Assembly (NCBI RefSeq): GCF_009914755.1
Contig: NC_060938.1
DNA: 64,000 nucleotides
Direction: 5' to 3' (one strand)
From: the human T2T-CHM13v2.0 reference genome, Homo sapiens
The position numbers were made by a program, and so were the translations under genes. This document shows positions 53,724-64,000 of this stretch, piece by piece (the stretch's first letter is position 1; each line of letters begins with the position of its first letter). Under the pieces are notes generated by a model. The model had not been told where the DNA came from and did no database searches. It worked only from the letters and a program-made list of their open reading frames with translations.

Positions 53724-55984
53724 AACACTTTCTTTCTTAAAGGCAGATCCCATCGCTACATGGGAATAGCTACGTAAATGTGTTTGCTAAAAGCAGAACC
53801 AACTTCTGTGATTAGTATGCATTTTCTGCTAGTTACCATATTGAGAAGAGGTGTTTCATAACATTTTTCTGAACTGTTCATTATGAACTACAAGATTCAC
53901 ACTCTTATTAACCTGATTTCTACCTCCATTAGATGATACAGAGGAAGAAAAATAAATCCTATTTTAGTCATCATTTCCTTAGAACTTGTAATTGAAATAC
54001 TATATTTTCTGCTTCAGTATATAAGCTCTTCTTGAAAGGTGTTCCATTGTATAGAAAGTAGATTTTTATCTTTTAAATCATAAGAGTATGTTGAATATTG
54101 TAACACCAGAATCTCAGCATCAACCCAGTTTTTGTAGGAATTCTGACTTAAACAATTTAAGGTCTTACAAGTGAGGTTCACACTTACTATACTTATTGTT
54201 ACAAATAATGTTTGATTTCTTAAAAATATCTTGGTTAACAGGATTTTCTTAGGGTCCCTCTATATTTTTCGTCATGTTAGGTGACTATAAATAATATGAG
54301 CATGAGTATCCTGAAATGTAAGCGGATTCTATTATTAGCAATGTGTTAAGTATCTTAGCTTGCATCATTTAAAAACGTTTCAGTTATTTTTGCAATTTAT
54401 ATTTTATTTTTCATTTCACATCTATTGTACCATTAAAGTTCTTCATGATGTTTGTTTATAAAGTAAGTCCTACATATGCTGCGTTTTCTCTCTTATATTA
54501 ACTGATAAAGCTGATATTACCAAAGCATAACTAGTACTTGATTCTCTTGAGATTAGCAGTGTTGTTGGCCTGGCTGGCAGTTATCTGCAAGTTGCTAGAA
54601 CACATTTTATAGCAGCTTCTATTAGTCAACAGAAACGCTTAGAAAACTGCCTCCTGTATGCTTCGTATTAGGCCATTGAGCTGGCAAAAGAGGGAGAACT
54701 TAAAATCGTAATTTAACTTCTTTAAAATATTTGTTTAGGGAGATAGTCATATAATGAATTTTCATAAATAATGTTAAAATTTAGGAAATCTTCAGTAAAC
54801 TGTATTTTCTGAGTCCATAAGAATATGTAGTTTAAGTTCTAACATTTTAAGATTTGGTTTCATATTTTGTTCATTGGTAGGATTGGAGATTGGATTATAT
54901 TAAAAAATTAAACTGTTTTTAGATCATTCTCAATTCTATGTGTCTGTTTTTATAACAATTAGAATTGGCCTTTAAAATTCTTACCCACTGATATCATAAT
55001 ACAATTTTTGTAAATAATATGTATTTTTGCATTTTCCATCATTATTTATCACCAGGCTTGAAGTAGTATTAAGAAAAAAACCCATCTTGTATTTCTATCT
55101 TGACCTTTCCCTCAGCCCTCTCACAAAACCTGAAAACACGGGTCTTTATTTTTTATGCTCAAATTTATAATAAACAAAGGTTGATAAGGAAAAACAAGAC
55201 CTCACACCCCAAAGAAAAAGGACAGGAGGGTCGTGGAATTGCTTAGCGTGTTGCATGGGAAATTCTGTGTAAGGAAGTAAAGAGCTTTTTGCTGAAAAGC
55301 CACCTAGAGCCCTTGGGCAGGGGCATTTTATTTTCCCATAGATACCATGTTACCAATTACATAAAGAAGAGTATAGACTTCTTGTTAGTTGATAAATAGA
55401 GATTGCAATCATTTATTAGGTTATTTTATGGTATTTGTTAACGATATTTACCTTCCTAAATTGATTCAGCATAATCCTTAGAACAGCTTTCCTTCATTTC
55501 TGGAAGACATATAGATAATGTGGTACTTATATGAAAGCTTACATGTCACTGAAAAACTGTGATTTTTGCCTTAGCTCAACGGAGCAGCAAGATTATATTA
55601 ACATAGACTTTGGGCCATTTGAGTTCCCATAGGGTATAGAGTGTAGCTGATATGACATGACTTGCCTCCAACAGTTGTTTTAACAAGATATCCTTCATAT
55701 ACAGTATATTGAGCTGAAAGGCATAACTGAGTAATGTTAGCAAGAAACACTGTTGGCAAAATGCTTGACTTTCATCTTTATCTGATTAATCCAAAGCAAT
55801 GTGTTAGTACAAAAAAGTATTTTCAGCTGAATATATATGACAGAATATTTATTTCTTTTTAATGTCTATAACTTTACAAGAACTATTTTTGGTGTGTGAT
55901 ATTTTTATTCTACAAAAAGTTTTTCTATATCCATTACAAAGGGCAAGTAGAAAAATATCCAGGACTTTGTGAGGCTTGATGAGG

Positions 55985-56330
55985 CTTATTCATTTGTATA
56001 AAGATTTGTTGAGCACCTACCAGGTACCAGGCAACATCCTAGGCATCGTGGGGATACAACAGTGGGTGAAACGGGCAAAGGTATGGGCCCTTGTGGTGTT
56101 TACTGTCCTGTGGAGGTAGCAGGCACTAAACAAATAGGTCAATTATAGAATACCTAAAAAGGTGATAAGTACTACAGAGATAACAATAAACAGGAAAGTG
56201 GGCTAGGAAGACCTAGAGGTGGGGTCAGGTTTGCAATTCAAAATGGGGTGGTCAGAAGAGGTCTTGCTGAAAGGGTGACAATGAGCATAGTTGTGAAGGA
56301 GATGTGGGAGTGAGCTATGTGGATACCTTG
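55985..56330. mobile_element. L2 fragment
   Basis: tttgttgagcacctaccaggtaccaggc...cctaggc...ggggatacaacagtg L2 3' end. Confidence 0.75.
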
Positions 56331-56877
56331 ATTTCCTTTTGGAAATTATTAGTTCCTGTCAGCTGACTGTATTGCCAGTGCTTGCTCTCTCCAGGAATGC
56401 TCTTTCCTGTTTCCTGTGTTTAAATTTTCTCTGTAATGCCTTATATTCTATTTTATATTCTACTTTGTTGGAGGAGGAATGTATTTGACAGAGCAGTGAG
56501 CTCATTGGATGAAAGGTTCTGTGAATTTCTTTTAACAAAGCATAAAATCAAGCTTCCATAAATACTCCAAATTGCACCGTATCAAGAATTTGTTTTTTGT
56601 AAATGTTTGAAAGTGTAAAAGAAAGCTTTTGCACTCTAAAAATGGTATTTTTACTAATTTACTAATTAACACTTTTCTTCTGCTTAGCACTTTCAAGACT
56701 TGATTTAATTACAGTTTCTAGTACCTTAAATAGTGTTTTAAAGTGAGTCAGTGTTGCTTTGCTCAAAACATTGCAGTAAGGGTTTTTTTTTTTTTTTTTT
56801 TGCCCCTTTTGGCTTCAATTTATATGAAATAGATTTTTTATTTTCCCTGCCAGAATTCTCATTGAAAATACATATAT

Positions 56878-57270
<393 letters not shown>

Positions 57271-58039
57271 TCACAGACCCAATGATAGAGTTAATTGAAC
57301 ACATTTTCCTTCGTAATACCCAAGTATTTCTGGTTTGATTCTGGGCTTAGAAATAAAATGGAAGAAGCTCCAATTCTCTTCTTTATTCTGGGTTTGGAGA
57401 ATGCATTTAAATTGGCTTCCAAAATATTGAGAAGATTCCTCCCCTGGAGAGGTGCCTACATCACCATCTATGGTAATGTCAGAGCAATGAATCAATTAGA
57501 TTTGTTTGGTAATGTATACATTAATGTCTTACAAAAACAAAACCAAAAAAAAAAAACAAACAAAAAAACCCACATGTGAACCACAGATTTCCAAAAACAG
57601 TAGAAAGTCAGGTATCAGTTAAGAAAGAGATTGAAGAGTTAGATTTTTAAGTAGAGCATTTTTCTCTTAGAATGAAATAACCTTAGAGTAACACAATTGA
57701 TGTAATATTAAGTCTATTCATATTTAAGATTGGGTAGAAGAAATTCTTGGAGAGCAAACTATTCTCAGTATTGCTTCCTTCCTGGCAGAATTCACATAGA
57801 AATAGGGGTAGAGAGTTTCTTGCTGACACAGGTGTGCAGTTTCACATTTCTTATGTTGCTTAAACCAGTAAAGTTTTAGAAAATGAAATTATTTTAGAAT
57901 AAGAATTTATTTTACAGAGTTAAATAGATTTAATATCAGAAAATAATTGAGAATCACTAATATTTTCAGTGAATTATATGACATATCTGGAATTACATTC
58001 CCCAAAGTAAATGCATAACTGCTGTTTTGCTGGTAATAG

Positions 58040-58641
<602 letters not shown>

Positions 58642-58943
58642 TTTTTTTTTTTTTTTTTTTTTTTTGACAATTTCGCTCTGTCATGCAGGCTGGAGTGCAG
58701 TGGTGCCATCTCGGCTAACTGCATCCTCTGCTTCCCAGGTTCAAGTGATTCTCCTGCCTCAGGCTCCTGAGTAGCTGGGATTACAGGTGTGTACCACCAC
58801 GCCTAGCTAATTTTTGTATTTTTATTAGAAATGGGGTTTCACCATGTTGGCCAAGCTGGTCTCAAATTCCTGACCTCCAGTGATCTGCCCCCCTCAGCCT
58901 CCCCAAGGTGCTGGGATTACAGGCATGAGCTATCGCGCCCAGT
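58642..58943 (-). mobile_element. AluSx (right copy of a tandem pair)
   Basis: Antisense Alu; the pair shares one flanking TSD, ttgtactttttcttt. Confidence 0.94.
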
Positions 58944-58999
58944 TGAATTGTACTTTTTCTTTCAAATGTTCAGGCACTGAATTTTTCCTGTGTGCATAG

Positions 59000-59437
<438 letters not shown>

Positions 59438-60176
59438 CCAGTCTGATTTTTTTAGGGGAATAAAGTAAGACCCAAATATGTAAAATAGTTGATAAATAAA
59501 TAGTAGTAGACAGGCAAGTAAGTGTGTAGTTAAGTGCCAGAGTGACCATTACCACTAATAAGAATAGCCAAGTTCAGAGAAGCATGAAATCAGTTAAAGT
59601 TGGAGAAAGTCTCTAGAAGAAAATGAAACCTGAGTTCACCTCAGATGTTTTGGGGCATTGAAATAAAACATTTGAGATGAGAGAGCTGCATGAACAGAAA
59701 GTTTGAGGCAAAACCTGGGCATCGCCTGGTTACATTCTAACATGATCAGGAGATGCCAGAGAACATTGTTGCGTGAAGTGTGAGTGACATCACAGGAAAG
59801 CGTGTAAGAGCTGAAAGAAGAGACCACAAGTAGGGAGCCCATCTAGAGGTTTTGCAGTCTTTCAGCACTTCTGTTTACATTTTACTCTGATTTTTAGTTA
59901 AAAGCTGCTTAACAAAGAGAATGTTGTTCTTTCTTTTTCACTTGCTTTTGCTGTCTAAATACTATTTCCTGAAGTGTTTCCCAGAGGCCATTTGTTAATA
60001 AGTGTTATTTGGGAAGTAGGTTAGGTGATTTGGTAAACACTTGGTTAAATAAAACTAGCCAAGTTCTTTACCAGCAATGTACATCACTAATAAGCTGATG
60101 TACAATGTGAAATGATGAGGGAAGCCTTGCTGTATAGTATTTCCCCATAATAACGTTTGTCCATAGAGCTCTATTA

Positions 60177-60218
60177 TCAGATGATATTGGGCGTGTTCAG
60201 GGTGGTATGGCTGTAGAC
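60177..60218 (-). pseudogene. Tailless 5S rRNA retropseudogene (nt 1-42 of 5S)
   Basis: Reverse complement GTCTACAGCCATACCACCCTGAACACGCCCAATATCATCTGA versus 5S GTCTACGGCCATACCACCCTGAACGCGCCCGATCTCGTCTGA (37/42; 4 of 5 changes are CpG decay); 13-bp TSD tagagctctatta at 60164-60176 and 60219-60231. Confidence 0.93.
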
Positions 60219-61689
60219 TAGAGCTCTATTACCTTAAATCATTGCACCAAGGACTAGTGTTCCTTGGAGCATACTCTGCAAATGGTAGATGAGAAATCAC
60301 TTCTCTCATTTCAGAACCTTGACAATAAAAATCTAGAGCAGTCTGTGTAGACATAAGAATTGAAATATCTATCTGGTTTAAGAGAGAGGAAAAGAGACCA
60401 ACTTTTTTTTTTTTCCCCAGCTTATTCTCAAGTACTAAAGTGTGTGTGAGCAATCAGCTGCCAAACAGGAAGAGCTGTTCCACTTCTAATTTTAGCTTGC
60501 CACCTTGCATTGCTGTAGGAGTGGTTCCCACATGCTGCAAAGAGGTTATTTTGTGTAAATAGAGACTTCTTCTATGTCGTCAAGTGGGAAAGAATCATCA
60601 TTAGGCCTCCCCACCATTTGCACAGTTTCTGCATGTTGAAGATGATCTGTCCAAACATTTAGACCTGGTTTAATTCTTTTGCATTCATAATTTAAACTGG
60701 ATCAAGGATTCCTGCTGTCCAGGATCAGTGAACTGATGCAACTTATCTCTCCTCTTTATTCCCCAGAACTGGACAGCATTTGCTGTCTAGTCTCAGCCAA
60801 AAGGAACCACTTCTTCACAGCTCTGGGTGTCCATGAATCAATTTGTATTGAACCACTTTGTATGACAATCCTTGGGGCACACTTGTATATTTTGGGTTAT
60901 TTTGGTGATAGCAAAGTGGAATGCCCTGGACGGCAAACTAACATTGTTATCTTAGGCTGATTTATAGGACTTTTCTCCTGGACAGCCAAACGTGCAATGA
61001 TTTCTCTTTAAAGATTTATTAAAAGATCAATTGTCCTCGATGATTGGTCATGCCAGTGAGAAATAAGCACTATTAAAGCATCCGTGGAATGGAGAATTGT
61101 GTTATAAACACAGTTGGTTCTCAGTGAATAGTGTTGGTTGACTGGCCCAAAGAGAATCAAGGTGAACCCAATGAGAATTGGAACATATGCCTGACTGAAA
61201 ATTTTAAAATGCTTGGACTCCCGTTTGTGCTCCTAGAAACAATCACATTTATAAGACAATATTGGTTTGTTTGCCATAGAAACACATAAGGCCTAGTTGT
61301 AAGAAAGGGAGACCTAGCAGCCGCAAGGCACACACGGCTGGAGTTACCTTAAAAAAAGGTAAAGTTAAGGTGACTTTGGAAGGCCATTTAGACTTTGTTT
61401 TTGAAAATTCAGGTTTTCTGAAGACGTTTTGCAAATTTGATTTAAAAGAATTTTGCTGACTCTGTCCAGTTTAAATGTAAACCCTTTTTGTTACTCTTGT
61501 TTCATTGAAGTATATTCTGCCACTACCATTGTGTTTTACCGTGTCGATTTGACACTCCCTTCTTGTGAATTTTATGTTGTGACGTTTAGAAGACTGGAAT
61601 AAGTTGTATTTATCAAAATTGCATTATATGGAATTTAGCACTATACCTCAAACAAGAAGTTGCTTAAGAAATGAATTCTTAGGATAGGA

Positions 61690-61910
61690 AGTATAAAGCA
61701 GTGGTTATAAACACCAATTTTAGGGCTGGCCCAAGTTTAGAATCTCAGCTCTGCCACTTGGGGCCTTAAAGCCCAACTTATTTTCTCATTGGTAAAATCC
61801 AAGTAATAAAGTCTGCCTTATAGAGTGGTGCGAGGTTTTAATGCCCGGTTGTATTTAAACATTTAGCAGAATATATGACATTTAATACTCTTTAAATTAT
61901 AGCTGTTATT
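61690..61910 (+). mobile_element. MIR
   Basis: gtataaagcagtggtta...tttagaatctcagctctgccactt...aaacatttagcaga. Confidence 0.65.
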
Positions 61911-61927
61911 ATTCAAAAGTGACTTTG

Positions 61928-62234
61928 GGCCAGGCACAATGGCTCACATCTTTAATCACAGCACCTTGGGAGGCTGAGATAGGCAGATCATCACTTGAGT
62001 TCAGAAGTTCAAGACCAGCCTGGCCAACATGGCAAAACCTTGTCTCTACAAAAAAACACAAAACATTAGCCAGGTGTGGGGGCGTGTGCCTGTAGTCCCA
62101 GCTACTTGGGAGGCTAAGGTAGGAGAATCATTTCAACCTGGGAGACAGAGGTTGCAGTGAGCCGTGATCATGCCATTACACTCCAGCCTGGGTAACGGCG
62201 AGACTGTCTCAAAAAAAAAAAAAAAAAAAAAAAA
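61928..62234 (+). mobile_element. Old Alu (Jb/Sz-like)
   Basis: Full body with gccgtgatcatgcc, long A tail; TSD about ag(t/g)gactttg. Confidence 0.93.
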
Positions 62235-64000
62235 GAAGGGACTTTGCCTCCACTCCTTGATAGCAGAGAAAGAGACAAACAGCTTATGCAATCATATGAG
62301 GGTAGAGATAATAAAATGTGGCCATTATAGTTATGTGCCTAAATCACTGAAGATCCAACTGGGCCTTATTATGAGTAGTAGCTATATTGGCAACTAAGAA
62401 AGTCTCACTTTAGAAAAGGAGAGGGTTGTATTCCTGAACTGTGGGATAATGAGAGTCTCCAGTTCCTAATCATGTATACCTCCTCACTAGGCTTAACCTG
62501 CCATAAGTTTACTTCCATTTTAAAATGTTGCTTCAGAAGGACGGGGTGATAGAATTATGTTACTTCTAGGGGAAACAGTGCAGGAAGAGGAGGTGCAGGT
62601 GGCAGTTCAAACAAATTCTATGCTCTATTTTATTTTAAAATCTTAGGACTTTTTAATCTATTAGTCATTCTGTCATTGGGAGAAAATTGCCATGTCTAGA
62701 ATTTAGGAGCCTCTCAAATATTTGAAGGGTATCCAGTTTTACTCTAGAGCCAGTGCATTTCTGATAACAGAATCACCGTGGGATCCCCAGTGTGAGAAGG
62801 TACCACTGGGACCCCCAGAGGCTCTGGGTAAGGATGTTAATGACTATCTATATTACCTCTCTATCCACAGTAATTGAGCAAGAAATCCACACTTCTCCTT
62901 TTTGCTAGAAGACCACTGAAAGTTCTAAGAACTGGAGTTAATACTATCATTTCCTTGATCATCTCATCCTTTAAGTAGTGCAGGAATGAAAGCCTCTTCT
63001 CAGGGTAATCCCAAATGAGAAATTTGGAAATTTGATGTTTCCGTCACCATGGCACTGTATTTTCTCAGACATTAGAAACTTTAGTAAAAGTATATCAAAA
63101 AGAGTGGGGTCTTTGGTGTAATCACATCACCCAAAATAAAAATAGTCTATTTCCAAACTTATTAGACTATAACACCTGTATTGAATTGGCTTTAACTAGT
63201 TTTAATGCTGTTGGCACCACTATAAGTTTGAATTAAGGCTAGTCCCTAATCACTTTTAGTTACACAAATTCATGAAGTACATAGCTATGAGATAATCTCA
63301 GCATTTTGTCCACTATATATGCTTGGGTCTGCACTAAATACAGAATGTGGGACTAGTCATAAAAATTTCCTGGTTCCATGGGAACTTTCCTGAGGTCAGT
63401 GCAAAGGAAGGCTTGCATATGAATGAGGGCACCATTTTTTCCTAACAGGTAATCAAACGTAGTATAAGAAGACCTCAGTTCAGGAATGGGTTATGTTCTA
63501 AAAGTTAGGAAGTTAGTGGTTTGGCATCCTAAAATAATTTTCCCACAAAACAGTGTTATAGGTGGAAGGTGGCTAACCCTTCCTCCTATAAAAATAATGA
63601 AAATTTCCTTGACACTCTATCTTGAGTCCCATGGAATCCCTCTGGGCAAGGGAATCCTGGGGACCTGTGTGATCCTTGGAATATACAAGAGAGGAGGTCG
63701 GCAGGAAAGAGGGGAGACCCTTGAGGTTATTTTGAGTGTAGAGAAGGAATATGTGGTCTTGTGGCCGTGAAATTGATGATGAAAATGAAAAGGAGTATCA
63801 GGTACCTCTGGAAACCGTCTGCCCTCATATGGGATAGCATCTAGTAAACAAATGGCACTGGAGAGCACAGTGTTTATTCCTTGGGAAGATCCACATCAAT
63901 ATAGTGTGAGTAAAGCAAAACATTTATTTTAATGGGGATGTTTTGGCGTAAGATATGAAAAGTATATGGCACTGACCAGGGTGTTTCATAGTAGCCAAAC

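Noticed and set aside
63430-63460. ttttttcctaaCAG|GTAATC recursive-site-like junction
   Set aside because: Moderate donor that appears to coincide with the terminus of a DNA-transposon remnant; no further support.

Overview
Human (primate) genomic DNA, AT-rich, CpG-poor, with no CpG island. The window is almost entirely intron of NPAS3 (neuronal bHLH-PAS transcription factor, chr14q13), transcribed on the + strand. I recognise one real coding exon, missing from the ORF track: a 90-nt phase-2/phase-2 cassette exon at 34914-35003 encoding (R)[29 protein letters not shown](N). From memory this is NPAS3 coding exon 2, just N-terminal to the bHLH. The rest is intron 1 and intron 2, with about 18 Alus (one of AluYb8 lineage, human-specific), MSTA, THE1 and ERV1 solo LTRs with target-site duplications (TSDs), L1, L2, MIR and MER fragments, and repeat-poor blocks that may be enhancers. 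The most unusual items are a 44-bp twin-primed micro-L1 insertion, a tailless 5S rRNA retrocopy, a young Alu inverted-repeat geometry near the alternative exon, and several strong cryptic splice architectures (6-nt microexon/recursive-site-like and poison-exon-like). All ORFs in the supplied track appear spurious. I see no convincing new biological system, and the splice hypotheses are untested inference.
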